In this document: one piece after another, positions 20,979-31,663 of the stretch
Position numbering within the stretch: position 1 is the stretch's first letter
How the letters are laid out: each line of letters begins with the position of its first letter
Source of the DNA: Azovibrio restrictus
GTDB lineage: Bacteria; Bacteroidota; Bacteroidia; Chitinophagales; Chitinophagaceae
Assembly (NCBI GenBank): GCA_029255605.1
Contig: JANLJF010000039.1
Coordinates: 6,399-70,398 of the forward strand
Length of the DNA: 64,000 bases
Reading direction: 5' to 3'
The notes under the pieces: model-generated
The model's input: only the letters and a program-made list of their open reading frames with translations
Told to the model about the DNA's origin: nothing
Database searches by the model: none
Made by a program: the position numbers and the translations under genes

Positions 20979-21518
20979 CTATCGGCCTTGCCCGGCAACT
21001 TTCAGGTTGCTGCGTACCATATTATAAATAATTTCAAGTCTATCCTTATTACGCTCAGTGCAACGCTCTAATGCCAGCGAACGGGAAGTGCGCATACAGT
21101 GCATTACAATACCGTCGCATCCCAGCTTGATGTCTTCTGCTATAGCCCTGGCCCATAGCATACGGTAATCAGGCTTTACACCTTTTGAAAACAACAGCCC
21201 CAAGGCTGCATTGGGCTCATTCTGCATATAGTGGCGGCAAATGGTACCCATTTTTTGCATAAACGATTTATCGGCCGTTACCAGCATTTTTGAAACCAGG
21301 TAAATGTAAAACGGGCGCACATCAGCATTTTCCGTATCCATGCTATCTGCAATGGAATAGGTAATATCATTATCACCCGCCTGAAATTTACCCGCATGGT
21401 AATCCTTCGCGGCCTGCGATACATGGGGCAAACCCATATAATAGACTGTTTCCTTAAGTTCCTGCGCCTGTAAGATGGCCGGCCAGATACAACATAAGGC
21501 TATAATAATCCCTTTCAT
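20979..21518 (-). CDS. Hypothetical exported protein
   Basis: 179-aa ORF with signal peptide, same strand as neighbours. Confidence 0.6.
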   Translation of the reverse strand: MKGIIIALCCIWPAILQAQELKETVYYMGLPHVSQAAKDYHAGKFQAGDNDITYSIADSMDTENADVRPFYIYLVSKMLVTADKSFMQKMGTICRHYMQNEPNAALGLLFSKGVKPDYRMLWARAIAEDIKLGCDGIVMHCMRTSRSLALERCTERNKDRLEIIYNMVRSNLKVAGQGR

Positions 21519-21617
21519 GAATACGCTGTTGCGATTTAAAAATACTATTCACCCCGATAGCTTCATATACAGGCACCGTGATTTTTTACACGGTAGCTTT
21601 TAAAGTAGCTTTGCACC

Positions 21618-22754
21618 GTGGCAGGCATATACATACACATACCTTTCTGCAAGCAGGCATGCACTTACTGCAATTTCCATTTTTCCACTTCGCTGAAACT
21701 GAAGCAGGAAGTAATAACTGCCATATTGCACGAAATAGAAATGCAGAAAGACTACCTGCAGGGCGCCGAAATTGAAACCATTTATTTTGGTGGCGGTACG
21801 CCATCTTTGTTATCGGCCGATGAAATAAATACGATAACAGAACTGATATACCGGCACTATAATGTAAAACAACTCCGCGAGTTTACCCTCGAAACCAACC
21901 CGGATGACCTTTCCCCTGAATACATCCGAACCCTTAGAAGCACCCAGGTAGACCGTTTCAGCATAGGCATACAATCGTTCAGGGAGCAGGACTTGAAGTA
22001 TATGAACAGGGCGCATACCGCACAGCAGTCGGACAGGGCTATAAAAACGGCGCAGGATTTGGGCTATACCAACCTGACCATAGACCTGATATATGGCACC
22101 CCGGGCCTGACAGATGCCGATTGGAAATATAACCTGCAACAGGTGAAGGAACTGGGCATCCCCCACTTTTCGGCCTATGCCCTTACGGTAGAAGAGGGCA
22201 CTGCATTGTACCATCACATACGCCAGAAAAAAACCCGGCCGGTAGATAATGAGCAAAGCGCTGCGCAGTTTGAAATGCTGATGGAACAGGCCGATGCGAT
22301 GGGCTATGAACACTACGAAATATCGAACCTGGCACTGCCCGGCAAATATGCCGTGCATAATACCAACTACTGGATGGGTAAAGCTTACCTGGGCATTGGT
22401 CCGTCTGCCCATTCATTTGACGGCAAAAACAGGCGCTGGAACATAACCAACAATGCACTATATGCAAAAAGCATATTGGCAGAACATGCCTTACCATACG
22501 AAGAAGAACACCTGACCGTAACAGAGCACCTGAATGAATACATCATGACATCGCTGCGGACCATGTGGGGCTGCGACCTGGATAAAATCGCAGCAATGGG
22601 CGGCAGCGATACCATAAAACAGATATTGGCAGATGCGGCGATATTTATTGAAAACGGAGAACTGAAACATGACGGCCATAAACTGATACTGACCAATAAA
22701 GGCAGGTTGATAGCAGATAGGATTGCAGGAGCGCTATTTGTAACAAAACAATAG
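21618..22754 (+). CDS. hemW: Radical SAM heme chaperone HemW
   Basis: GIYIHIPFCKQAC.YC.FHFS (CxxxCxxC), IYFGGGTPS, E.NPDD, R.SIGIQSF, YE.YEISN, HN..YW...YLGIGP.AH. Confidence 0.93.
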   Translation: MAGIYIHIPFCKQACTYCNFHFSTSLKLKQEVITAILHEIEMQKDYLQGAEIETIYFGGGTPSLLSADEINTITELIYRHYNVKQLREFTLETNPDDLSPEYIRTLRSTQVDRFSIGIQSFREQDLKYMNRAHTAQQSDRAIKTAQDLGYTNLTIDLIYGTPGLTDADWKYNLQQVKELGIPHFSAYALTVEEGTALYHHIRQKKTRPVDNEQSAAQFEMLMEQADAMGYEHYEISNLALPGKYAVHNTNYWMGKAYLGIGPSAHSFDGKNRRWNITNNALYAKSILAEHALPYEEEHLTVTEHLNEYIMTSLRTMWGCDLDKIAAMGGSDTIKQILADAAIFIENGELKHDGHKLILTNKGRLIADRIAGALFVTKQ

Positions 22755-22879
22755 GCTTTAATACCTGTTAAAACTTGAACAGCAACCACGATTTACCCAA
22801 TACTATCAAGCATTTGCCCCAAAATTGCATATATTGTCGGTCAAACAATATTCAATACCCCAATCCGTAGTAGTAAAAG

Positions 22880-24001
22880 ATGTCTATAACAATCAAAAGG
22901 TGCGAAAGTGCGGCTGACCTTAAGAAGTTTGTTCAATTTCCTTACGACCTGTATAAACAGAACGACTATTGGGTTCCTCCTATAAAGCAGGATGAGCTGA
23001 ATGCCCTGAAAAAAGAAACCAATCCTGCCCTAAAGAGCTGCGAAGCCGAATTTTGGATAGCGATAAAGAACAATAAAGTTGCTGGCCGTATAGCTGCCAT
23101 CATCAATAGAAGCTACAACGAGAAAACAGGTGAAGACCTGGGCAGGCTGAGCCGTATTGAATTTATAGACGATAAAGAAGTAAGCAAAGCACTATTAGAT
23201 ACGGCTGAAAAATGGGTGAAGGAACGTGGCATGAAAGGCATACACGGCCCGTTAGGTTTTACCAATCTTGACCACCAGGCTGTGCTCATAGAAGGTTTCG
23301 ATCACCTGCCATCTATAGCATCAGAATATCATTTGCCTTACTATCGCGCGCACTTTGAAGCAGCAGGCTATGAGAAAGAAATGGACTGGGTGGAGTTTCG
23401 CCTGAAACTGGAAAAAGAGATACCTGAAAAAGCGCTGAAGCTGAATGATATGATACAACGCAGGTATAACCTGAAAGTTGTTCATTTCAATAACCGCGAT
23501 GAGATGAAAGCCTATGCACCGCGGGTATTTGAACTATTGAACAATGCATTCAGCGAGCTCTTCAGCTTTGTGAGTATGAATAAAGAAGTATCTGATTTCT
23601 ATATCAAGAAATACTTCAGCTTCCTCAACCCCAAGTTTGTAAAAGTGATAGAAGATAAAGATGGCAATACGATAGGCTTCATCGTGAGCCTGCCATCGCT
23701 TAGCGTAGCCTTACAGAAAGCACGCGGTTATTTATTCCCTTTTGGCTGGTACCATATTACACAGGCTTTCAAAAAACCTAAAGTAGTAGACCTGCTGCTA
23801 ACGGGCATACACCCCGACTGGCAGGCACAAGGCGTAAGCGCCATACTGATAACGGAGTTACAAAAAGTAATGCTGGAACATGGTGTGGAATATGTAGAAA
23901 CCACAGGCATGATAGAAACCAATGAAAAAGCTATTAACCACTGGAAAAACTACGACCATATACAGCATAAGCGTAAACGCTGCTTCCGCAAGATGTTTTA
24001 A
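22880..24001 (+). CDS. GNAT-like N-acyltransferase family protein (YghO-like)
   Basis: FV.FPY.LYK...WVPP, AGRIAAIIN, IEFIDD.EV..ALL, GPLGFTNLD..AVLIEGFD, LLTGI.PD.Q..GV. Confidence 0.7.
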   Translation: MSITIKRCESAADLKKFVQFPYDLYKQNDYWVPPIKQDELNALKKETNPALKSCEAEFWIAIKNNKVAGRIAAIINRSYNEKTGEDLGRLSRIEFIDDKEVSKALLDTAEKWVKERGMKGIHGPLGFTNLDHQAVLIEGFDHLPSIASEYHLPYYRAHFEAAGYEKEMDWVEFRLKLEKEIPEKALKLNDMIQRRYNLKVVHFNNRDEMKAYAPRVFELLNNAFSELFSFVSMNKEVSDFYIKKYFSFLNPKFVKVIEDKDGNTIGFIVSLPSLSVALQKARGYLFPFGWYHITQAFKKPKVVDLLLTGIHPDWQAQGVSAILITELQKVMLEHGVEYVETTGMIETNEKAINHWKNYDHIQHKRKRCFRKMF

Positions 24002-24005
24002 TTAT

Positions 24006-24031
24006 CAAGAGCTGCCGTTGGGCAGCTCTTG
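24006..24031. terminator. Bidirectional hairpin terminator
   Basis: caagagctgcc-gttg-ggcagctcttg, 11-bp stem between convergent genes. Confidence 0.7.
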
Positions 24032-24033
24032 GT

Positions 24034-24471
24034 TTATACCCTCATTTCATCGGGTGTCCAGTACACTATACTTTTCTTAATCGCATCCGGGGATAGCTTT
24101 TCATCAAGCGCACGTTGCACCAATGCTGGTAACTCTCCATCCGATGCAAAACGGAGGGCTGCTATCTGCTTAAAGGTCAGTTGCGGTTCATATACTTCAA
24201 ATCTTATGTTGGTGAGCTGATAATAACGTAAACGCATTTCCAGCCGTACCACCCTATCCTGCAGCGTAAGGGCATAATGTTGGCGGAGCATAAACGATAG
24301 CCATATCATCAGCAATACACATACAGCAAACAGTATAAAAGCCAACCTGTATTCTTGATAGCGCAATCCTAATATCGCACTACCAATTACAAGTAGACCC
24401 GTTAAAGGATAGAAAATAAAATGATGTGGCGTATAGAACCTGAGGTGATCGCGATAAGACTGTTTATTCAT
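24034..24471 (-). CDS. DUF6526-like membrane protein
   Basis: QSY..H.RFY..HHF, YAL.LQDRVVRLEMRLRY, Q..ALRFASD.EL..L, IK.SI..W..D..RV. Confidence 0.7.
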   Translation of the reverse strand: MNKQSYRDHLRFYTPHHFIFYPLTGLLVIGSAILGLRYQEYRLAFILFAVCVLLMIWLSFMLRQHYALTLQDRVVRLEMRLRYYQLTNIRFEVYEPQLTFKQIAALRFASDGELPALVQRALDEKLSPDAIKKSIVYWTPDEMRV

Positions 24472-24530
24472 CTGATGATGTATTTGCGTGTAAGATACCG
24501 CACAATAAAATAGTGCCGATAAGAATGGAG

Positions 24531-24538
24531 TATCTTTG
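24531..24538 (+). promoter_or_regulatory. Bacteroidetes -7 promoter element
   Basis: TATCTTTG about 24 nt upstream of the SMR gene start. Confidence 0.55.
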
Positions 24539-24561
24539 CGGCTTCAAAAAGCTTAGAAGAT

Positions 24562-24888
24562 ATGAACTGGATCATTCTGATCATTGCGGGTTTATTTGAA
24601 ACGGGCTTTGCCGCCTGCCTCGGCAAAGCGAAAGAAAGTACCGGCACTGCCGCTACGTGGTGGTATGCCGGTTTTCTCGTCTGCCTGGTGATCAGTATGT
24701 ACCTGCTGGTAAAAGCCACACAAACACTGCCCATAGGCACAGCCTACGCCGTATGGACAGGTATTGGCGCTGTAGGTACAGTGCTGGTGGGCATCCTGTT
24801 CTTCAAAGAGCCGGCCAGTTTCTGGCGTGTATTCTTTATCGTTACACTTATTGGTTCCATCATCGGGCTTAAAGCTGTATCCCACTAA
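24562..24888 (+). CDS. sugE: SMR-family small multidrug transporter (SugE/Gdx-like)
   Basis: 108 aa, 4 TM, W..L.IAGLFE (conserved Glu), LPIGTAYAVWTGIGA.G. Confidence 0.85.
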   Translation: MNWIILIIAGLFETGFAACLGKAKESTGTAATWWYAGFLVCLVISMYLLVKATQTLPIGTAYAVWTGIGAVGTVLVGILFFKEPASFWRVFFIVTLIGSIIGLKAVSH

Positions 24889-24896
24889 GCACATTC

Positions 24897-25943
24897 ATGA
24901 AGGTTGATTATATCATCGTAGGGCAAGGCATTGCAGGTACTATGCTCAGCTATCAGTTGCTGCAACAGGGCTGTAAAATAGTAGTCGTTGATACTTTAAA
25001 CCCTGCTAGTGCCAGCCGTGCAGCCAGCGGATTGATAAATCCTGTAACCGGGAAACGCCACGTAAAAACATGGATGGCCGATGAGCTGATACCAACTGCT
25101 GTAAACATATACACGCAGCTGGAAAAGGAGTTGAATCAAACATTCCTGAAGCCTGTATCCATACTCAACTTTCACAGTTCTGCAGAAGCACAGCACAGTT
25201 TTAACGAGCGCGTAGACACCAATAGCTTTGTGCATAATTACGATAGCAAACAGGAAGGCTTCCATTATGAACATGGCATTGGTGAAATAAACGGCTGCCT
25301 GCTGGTAAATCTGCATGCTCTACTACTTGCGTGGCGCGAAAAACTGCAGCAGTCGGGATTATTGCTGCAAGGGCCATTTGATATAAAAGACTGCACCGTC
25401 ACTACAGATACTGTCACGTATAAAAGCATCGAGGCCGATAAGATTATTTTCTGCGATGGCGCTGCTGCTATCCACAGTCCTTATTTCAATTATTTGCCAT
25501 TCCGGCTTAATAAAGGCGAAGCAGTTATTGCCAGGATACCGGGGTTATCGCCGCAGTTCATTTATAAACGCAACCTGAAAATAGCACCATGGCAGGACGA
25601 TACCTTTTGGATAGGTGCTTCTTTTGAATGGAGCTATGAACACGTAACACCTACTACAGCATTTACAGAAAGGGTGCAGGAAGAATTAAAGGATTGGCTA
25701 AAGCTGCCGTATGAAATGATAACACACATGGCTGCAGAAAGGCCCTCAACCATAGATTACAAGCCCTTTATAGGCTTACATCCTCAATACGCTTCTGTGG
25801 GAATTTTCAACGGGATGGGCACTAAAGGCTGCTCACTGGGCCCCTATTTCGCCGAGGAGTTTGCGCTGCATTTAACTAATGGCAGCAGCATCACCAAAGA
25901 GGTAGATATTAGCAGGTTTTATACAAAGCAAGCACCTGCTTAA
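24897..25943 (+). CDS. FAD-dependent oxidoreductase (DAO family)
   Basis: IIVGQGIAG Rossmann motif, ASRAASGLINPVTG, KGE, RP.T.DYKPFIG, NGMG.KG. Confidence 0.85.
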   Translation: MKVDYIIVGQGIAGTMLSYQLLQQGCKIVVVDTLNPASASRAASGLINPVTGKRHVKTWMADELIPTAVNIYTQLEKELNQTFLKPVSILNFHSSAEAQHSFNERVDTNSFVHNYDSKQEGFHYEHGIGEINGCLLVNLHALLLAWREKLQQSGLLLQGPFDIKDCTVTTDTVTYKSIEADKIIFCDGAAAIHSPYFNYLPFRLNKGEAVIARIPGLSPQFIYKRNLKIAPWQDDTFWIGASFEWSYEHVTPTTAFTERVQEELKDWLKLPYEMITHMAAERPSTIDYKPFIGLHPQYASVGIFNGMGTKGCSLGPYFAEEFALHLTNGSSITKEVDISRFYTKQAPA

Positions 25944-26268
25944 GTATCGAATTTATTTTGTCTACAGGAATATCCGTTTCAGTATCTATCAACAGTATTT
26001 TCATTCTTGCACGTTTTTCTTTTAGTAGGTCCGGGTGTTCAATTTCATTTCCGCGAACAATGCCTATATATGGCTGCTTATGCTTTTTATGAATCCACAG
26101 ATAGCAGCACATCTTACCGCTGTAATAATAGAATGGCAGCTTATACTTCCATTCTTCTGTGATGTTTGCATCCAGCGAAGCAATGTGATGCCTTAAAAAA
26201 AGCATTGTGCTTTTATATGGTTCTTCCAGCTTCAGGAAAAAGTTATCTATTTCGCGCAGCATATGCAT
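25909..26268 (-). CDS. DUF1801/YdhG-like protein
   Basis: E.WKYKLPFYYY.GK..CYLW, KEKRARMKIL; 35-bp tail-to-tail overlap with the oxidoreductase. Confidence 0.75.
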   Translation of the reverse strand: MHMLREIDNFFLKLEEPYKSTMLFLRHHIASLDANITEEWKYKLPFYYYSGKMCCYLWIHKKHKQPYIGIVRGNEIEHPDLLKEKRARMKILLIDTETDIPVDKINSILKQVLALYKTC

Positions 26269-26289
26269 GAAGATAACAAATAGCAGCTA

Positions 26290-26532
26290 CTACTTCAATT
26301 TACAGTCACCGGCAAAAGCGCTTGCATTATTATTCAGCACCGCGCATGAATCTTCTGCCTTGCTTCTATCCAGCGATGTCAGGTCAAATTCTTTCTTATC
26401 GCCACTCAGGTACTTGCAATAGCACACACCGCTTTTCTTCTTTTTGCAACCAGTCATGGCAGGCGTAGCGCCAAAGGCTATCAATACAACTATGGCTATA
26501 TATTTCATAACGTAAGGTTTTATTACTACCAT
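26290..26532 (-). CDS. Small cysteine-rich lipoprotein
   Basis: Lipobox AMTGC followed by KKKK; CYC, C, C pattern; probable start at MKYIAIVV. Confidence 0.6.
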   Translation of the reverse strand: MVVIKPYVMKYIAIVVLIAFGATPAMTGCKKKKSGVCYCKYLSGDKKEFDLTSLDRSKAEDSCAVLNNNASAFAGDCKLK

Positions 26533-26561
26533 TAAACATTATGCCAAGCAGCCATATAAAT

Positions 26562-26588
26562 AAAAAGCTCCCGATACGGGAGCTTTTT
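26562..26588 (-). terminator. Terminator after fabH
   Basis: aaaaagctcccg-ata-cgggagcttttt. Confidence 0.7.
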
Positions 26589-26609
26589 CAATTAAATATG
26601 TAACTGCTG

Positions 26610-27623
26610 TTATTTACCTATTTTCTCACCATCGTATGCCCACTTGATATACGTAGCACCCCAGGTAAACCCACCGCCGAAAGCGGCTAATACAATGTTA
26701 TCACCTTTCTTCAGTTGTTTTTCATAATCCCACAGGCACAATGGCAATGTACCATTTGTGGTATTACCATAGCGCTGAATATTCAGCATTACTTTTTCTT
26801 CCGGCAGGCCCATACGTTCTGATGTTGCATCTATAATGCGTTTATTGGCCTGGTGTGGTACCAGCCATGCCACGTCATCAGATGTGAGGTTATTACGCTC
26901 CATTATCTGTGCAGCTACATCGGCCATGTTCTTAACTGCAAATTTGAAAACCGTTTGTCCTTCCTGGTACACGTAGTGCTCCTTATTCATTACCGTTTCC
27001 ATAGTAGCTGGTTTTACAGAGCCCCCTGCTTTTTGATGCAGGTGTGCCCTGCCGGCACCATCACTTTTAAGCACGCCATCCATTATGCCATAGCCTTCCG
27101 TATCGGGCTCCAGTAATACAGCTCCGGCACCATCACCAAATATGATGCAGGTAGCACGGTCTTCATAGTTCAGGATAGAACTCATTTTATCTACCCCTAC
27201 TACTATTACCTTTTTATGCCTGCCTGTCTCTATAAACTGCGCCCCGGTGTTAAGAGCATATAAAAAGCCACTGCATGCAGCATTCACATCATAGCCAAAA
27301 GCATTGTGCAGCCCGGCCTTATCGGTTATCACATTGGCAGTAGCCGGAAATTGAAAATCGGGGGTAGTAGTAGCGCAGATAAGAAGTTCTATATCTTCCG
27401 GTTTCACATCCGGGCGCTTAGCTAACAATCTTTTTACTGCTTCAACAGCCATATCTGAAGAACCCTTGCCTTCACCTTTTAAAATGCGGCGCTCCTTAAT
27501 ACCAGTGCGAGAGATTATCCACTCGTCTGTTGTATCTACCATCGTCTCTAATTCCTGGTTCGTCAATATGTATTCCGGAACATATCCGCCCACTGCCGTA
27601 ATAGCAGCATGAATCTTCTGCAT
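26610..27623 (-). CDS. fabH: 3-oxoacyl-ACP synthase III
   Basis: [48 protein letters not shown]. Confidence 0.95.
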   Translation of the reverse strand: MQKIHAAITAVGGYVPEYILTNQELETMVDTTDEWIISRTGIKERRILKGEGKGSSDMAVEAVKRLLAKRPDVKPEDIELLICATTTPDFQFPATANVITDKAGLHNAFGYDVNAACSGFLYALNTGAQFIETGRHKKVIVVGVDKMSSILNYEDRATCIIFGDGAGAVLLEPDTEGYGIMDGVLKSDGAGRAHLHQKAGGSVKPATMETVMNKEHYVYQEGQTVFKFAVKNMADVAAQIMERNNLTSDDVAWLVPHQANKRIIDATSERMGLPEEKVMLNIQRYGNTTNGTLPLCLWDYEKQLKKGDNIVLAAFGGGFTWGATYIKWAYDGEKIGK

Positions 27624-27729
27624 TAAGTTCTGTTTAAAGATGCAAAGTTAGTTGTTTGCTATAATTGATTGGGCTATTCTGAATTAACCCTTAACAAATT
27701 ATTAAAACACAAATACTGCGCAATAAATA

Positions 27730-28476
27730 TTAGGTCGTCATACCACCACAGGCATTAATAACCTGCCCGGTTACGTAAGCACTCATGTCGCTGGCCAGGA
27801 ATAGTGCTACATCCGCTATCTCTTCCGGTTTGCCAAAACGAGCCAGTGGTATTTGTGAAAACCATTTTTCAGCACCACCATCCTTCAGGTAGCTGGTCAT
27901 ATCTGTTTCAATAAATCCCGGCGCAATGGCATTGCAACGAATATTGCGGCTGCCCAGTTCCAGCGCTATAGATTTTGTAAAGCCAATAACACCCGCCTTG
28001 CTGGCTGCATAGCTGCTTTGGCCGGCATTGCCCTGCACACCCACCACACTACTCATATTAATGATGCTGCCGCTGCGGGCCTTCATCATTGGTTTTATCA
28101 CCTGTTTGGTAAGATTGTAAACAGATTTCAGGTTGGCCTGTATCACTTCATCCCATTGCTCTTCTGTAAGGCGCAGCAACAGGTTATCGCGGGAAATACC
28201 TGCGTTATTGACGCAAATGTCTATGGCGCCGAAATCTTTCATTACATCGGCAGTCAGCTGCTCTGCGGCAGCATAATTGCCTGCATCGCTTTTGTATGCT
28301 TTGGCCTTTATACCTAGTGCTTTCAGCTTATCCTCCTGCTCTTTTGCCTTTTGGTCTGATGACAAGTAGGTAAACGCTATGTTAGCGCCTTGTTGAGCAA
28401 ATTTTAGCGCAATAGCCTCTCCTATGCCACGACTGGCACCGGTGATAAGCGCTACTTTATTTTCCAGCAATTTCAT
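27730..28476 (-). CDS. fabG: 3-oxoacyl-ACP reductase
   Basis: TGASRGIG, VNNAGI.RDNLLLR, YAASKAG, NAIAPGFIETDMT. Confidence 0.93.
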   Translation of the reverse strand: MKLLENKVALITGASRGIGEAIALKFAQQGANIAFTYLSSDQKAKEQEDKLKALGIKAKAYKSDAGNYAAAEQLTADVMKDFGAIDICVNNAGISRDNLLLRLTEEQWDEVIQANLKSVYNLTKQVIKPMMKARSGSIINMSSVVGVQGNAGQSSYAASKAGVIGFTKSIALELGSRNIRCNAIAPGFIETDMTSYLKDGGAEKWFSQIPLARFGKPEEIADVALFLASDMSAYVTGQVINACGGMTT

Positions 28477-28572
28477 ATCGAGTGTGTGGATTTGGGCTGC
28501 TAAATTAATAATAATGCTTGATTGGTTGAAGTTTATTGATAATAAACGCCCTAAGAGTACTAAAGTTATGGG

Positions 28573-28920
28573 CTATTCTACCCTGTATTTATCAGCCAGT
28601 TTCTTAGGCGCTACGGTGCAGTAGGCTACGCTTAATATATCCTGCAGCATTTCTTTACGCACTTTTTTCAGGTTTATATGGGTCCAGCCTTGCATGCCCC
28701 ATTTATTAGGTACGGGGTAAATGACTGTGTTATCAAAGGTACAGAATACATCCTGGTCGAGTATAGAAAGACGAACAGTCATGCGCTTTTCCACTTCATT
28801 CAGTGTAGCAAATACCTTATTCTTTACCTTAAAAGCTGTTACCTGCGGGTCGTGGTGCAGCGCTTCCGTTACCTCATCAAAAGCGTTAGCCAGTGTGCGT
28901 GCTGCTTGTGCAGATACCAT
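28573..28920 (-). CDS. MmcQ/YjbR family DNA-binding protein
   Basis: H.....FKVKNKVFATL, YPVPNKWG.QGWT. Confidence 0.8.
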   Translation of the reverse strand: MVSAQAARTLANAFDEVTEALHHDPQVTAFKVKNKVFATLNEVEKRMTVRLSILDQDVFCTFDNTVIYPVPNKWGMQGWTHINLKKVRKEMLQDILSVAYCTVAPKKLADKYRVE

Positions 28921-28921
28921 A

Positions 28922-29338
28922 CTATTCTTTTAGTGCAGCTATCAGCAATTCCTGTTTGCCATTTTCCCAAATGTCATTGCCCAGTTGCTGCAGTAAATGT
29001 TCATCTTCACTAAATACCTTAGCAAATATATTGCAGGCATCTATGCCCTTGCCGCTACCATAATATATGCCCATACAGTTGGATGTAGAAACACGCGCAG
29101 GCTTCAATGGGCCATAGACTACCTCGCCTGGTTGGGTAATAACAGAGGCATTTTCTTGTATGATGTCTAAAGGTGGCGCATTATCTATCCATATTTCCTG
29201 CCCCGAAACTCTTGCATGCATAAAGGTTCGGGTAAAAGGTAACAGCGCTGCAAAAGCCGCACATGTTATGGGAGCATCTTCATAATATTTGAATCTTATG
29301 AAAACATTATTGCGGGTAGTGATGGTAAAGCCTTGCAT
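28922..29338 (-). CDS. DUF3830-like cyclophilin-fold protein
   Basis: AP.TCAAF..LLPF....HAR.SG.EIW, ENAS....PGEV.Y. Confidence 0.7.
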   Translation of the reverse strand: MQGFTITTRNNVFIRFKYYEDAPITCAAFAALLPFTRTFMHARVSGQEIWIDNAPPLDIIQENASVITQPGEVVYGPLKPARVSTSNCMGIYYGSGKGIDACNIFAKVFSEDEHLLQQLGNDIWENGKQELLIAALKE

Positions 29339-29383
29339 AAATCTTGATACTTCTAAAAGATACAAGTTACAGTATATCTACTA

Positions 29384-30427
29384 CTACGCCTTATCTACAT
29401 TGGCAAGCTGTCCGCAGGCGGCATCTATATCTTTACCACGACTGCGGCGCAGGCGGGCATTTACACGCTTGCTTTCCAGGTATGCCATAAAGCGGTCGGT
29501 AATAGCCTCATCGGGTTTACTAAAGTCTGCCAGCTCTATGGGGTTATATTCTATGATGTTTACCAGGTCTACCGGCACCCGGCGATACAGCTTTATCAGT
29601 TCATCGGCATCCTGCAGACTATCGTTGAATTTATTGAAGAGAATGTACTCAAACGTTATTTCGTTCTTCGTTTTCTGGTAAAAGTAGTTGAGCGCATCCA
29701 CCAGCTCTTCCAGGTTGCTGGTTTCATTGATGGGCATAATCTCATCGCGCTTCCTGTCATTGGCAGCATGCAGGGATAGTGCCAGCTTAAAGCGCACTTC
29801 ATCATCGCCCAACTTGCGTATCATTTTAGATATACCCGCTGTAGATACCGTAATGCGGCGGGGGCTCATGCCCAGCCCATCTGGTGCAGGGGCGGTTATC
29901 TTATTTATAGCTTTCAGCACATTGCTATAGTTCAGCAACGGTTCGCCCATGCCCATAAATACGATATTGGTAATACTCTTGCCATAGTGCTGTAATGCTT
30001 GCTCGTTGGCCAGTGTTACTTCATCTACTATCTCGTCAAAGTCCATATTACGCTTGCGCGGCAGGAAGCCGGTAGCGCAAAACTTGCAGGCCAGTGAGCA
30101 GCCTACCTGGCTGGACACGCATACGGTCAGCCTTTTTTCGGTAGGTATCAGTACACTTTCCACAAAATGACCATCGTGCAATTGCAAGCGGTTTTTAATA
30201 GTACCATCGCTGCTGAACTGGCTGTGGTGCACTTTTACTTTATGGATAGTATAATCGGCATTCAGTTTTTCGCGCAGGGTTTTAGGCAGGTTGCTCATAT
30301 CATCGATACTTGCAGCGTGTTTCTGCCATAGCCATTCATATACCTGTTTGGCACGGAACTTAGGCTCGCCCAATTCTTTCATCAACGTTTCCAACTCCTG
30401 CAGGCTGCAGTTCCTTATATTTTTCAT
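29384..30427 (-). CDS. rlmN: 23S rRNA/tRNA m2A methyltransferase RlmN
   Basis: CVSSQVGCSLACKFCATG, VFMGMGEPL.N, ITVST.G, SLHA, R.SRG.DIDAACGQL. Confidence 0.96.
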   Translation of the reverse strand: MKNIRNCSLQELETLMKELGEPKFRAKQVYEWLWQKHAASIDDMSNLPKTLREKLNADYTIHKVKVHHSQFSSDGTIKNRLQLHDGHFVESVLIPTEKRLTVCVSSQVGCSLACKFCATGFLPRKRNMDFDEIVDEVTLANEQALQHYGKSITNIVFMGMGEPLLNYSNVLKAINKITAPAPDGLGMSPRRITVSTAGISKMIRKLGDDEVRFKLALSLHAANDRKRDEIMPINETSNLEELVDALNYFYQKTKNEITFEYILFNKFNDSLQDADELIKLYRRVPVDLVNIIEYNPIELADFSKPDEAITDRFMAYLESKRVNARLRRSRGKDIDAACGQLANVDKA

Positions 30428-30557
30428 GGTTGCAAAGGTACGAAAGGGCTGTAAATCAATAGGATGTCATTATTAAAAGATTAAACTTTAATAAAATAAA
30501 TATAAGTAGTATGAGCAGTATATAAATTTTTCTATTTTGCAGTCAAAATATTCACAT

Positions 30558-31565
30558 ATGAAAGTTTTACGCTTCTTAGGTATCCTGCTTTTAATACTGA
30601 TAGTAGGCTTCCTTGTTCTTTGCGTTGTATCACCGTCAGAGGTAAAAGTTGAAAAGTCTACAGCTATCGATGCCCCTAAAGCTATAGTGTGGGAGCAGGT
30701 AGTGTATTTTAAAAACTGGGACAATTGGAGTTCCTGGAAAGAAATGGATACAACCATAGTAACCGATGTATCAGGCACAGATGGTCAGGAGGGAGCTAAA
30801 TATCACTATGTGGGAAAAAGAAGCGGTGAGGGGGTAAGCACTAATATGGGTGTAACCGATGGTGAAATGAAATATGAAATGCACTTCCTGAAACCGATAG
30901 AAGGTAAAGCAGACGGCTGGATACGCGTAGGAGAAGAAGGGGGCAAAACAAAAGTCACCTGGTATTTCCACGAAAACCTGGGCTTTCTTATGCGTGGCTT
31001 TTTTGCGCTGATGGGAGGCAATAAAATGTTGGATCAAGCCTTTGGCCGTGGCCTTGAACTTCTGAAAAACTATAGCGAGGCACACAAAGGTGATATGGCT
31101 GCAATAGGTACACCAAACTTTGAAATCATAGAAACTCAATTTGCAGCGCATAATTATGCAGGTATCCGAAAAGTGGTAAAGTGGGCAGATATGACGAAGT
31201 TTTTCAGTGATAGCTACGCTGCACTTGGAAAAGCGGCAGGCCAGAGCATCAACGGGCCCGCCAGCGCCCTGTACTACAAATGGGATGACCCAAACCAACA
31301 GGCAGATATGATGGCTGCTTTCCCGGTGTCAGACAATAAGCCTGTAGAAGGTGCTACTATGGCCGCTGTTCCAGCTACGAATGCTTATATGATAAAATAC
31401 GTAGGTGGCTATACCGGCAGCTATAATGCACACATGGCGCTGAATAAACATATGGAAGCGAACGGCAAAAAAATGGGCCTTGTAATAGAAGAATACATCA
31501 AAGGGCCCAATGATGAACCGGATAGCAACAAATACATCACCAATATCTATTACCTTCAACAATAA
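30558..31565 (+). CDS. SRPBCC domain + GyrI-like effector-binding domain protein
   Basis: N-terminal TM, SRPBCC (W..WS.W..MD), C-terminal GyrI-like (Y.GGY.G...AH.AL, IEEYI.GP..EPD.NK..T.IYY). Confidence 0.75.
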   Translation: MKVLRFLGILLLILIVGFLVLCVVSPSEVKVEKSTAIDAPKAIVWEQVVYFKNWDNWSSWKEMDTTIVTDVSGTDGQEGAKYHYVGKRSGEGVSTNMGVTDGEMKYEMHFLKPIEGKADGWIRVGEEGGKTKVTWYFHENLGFLMRGFFALMGGNKMLDQAFGRGLELLKNYSEAHKGDMAAIGTPNFEIIETQFAAHNYAGIRKVVKWADMTKFFSDSYAALGKAAGQSINGPASALYYKWDDPNQQADMMAAFPVSDNKPVEGATMAAVPATNAYMIKYVGGYTGSYNAHMALNKHMEANGKKMGLVIEEYIKGPNDEPDSNKYITNIYYLQQ

Positions 31566-31585
31566 GATATTCAATCGTGTTATAT

Positions 31586-31615
31586 GGCCCTTGTACAATG
31601 TACAGGGGCTTTTTT
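31586..31615 (+). terminator. Intrinsic terminator
   Basis: ggcccttgtaca-a-tgtacaggggc followed by T6. Confidence 0.65.
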
Positions 31616-31663
31616 CGTTATTATAGCAGCACTGCCCTATATTCGCAAACGTTTAAGCACGCG

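Noticed and set aside
24472-24561. Guanidine riboswitch upstream of the SugE/Gdx-like transporter
   Set aside because: The -7 promoter element is only about 24 nt from the start codon, and no ykkC, mini-ykkC or ykkC-III motif is visible
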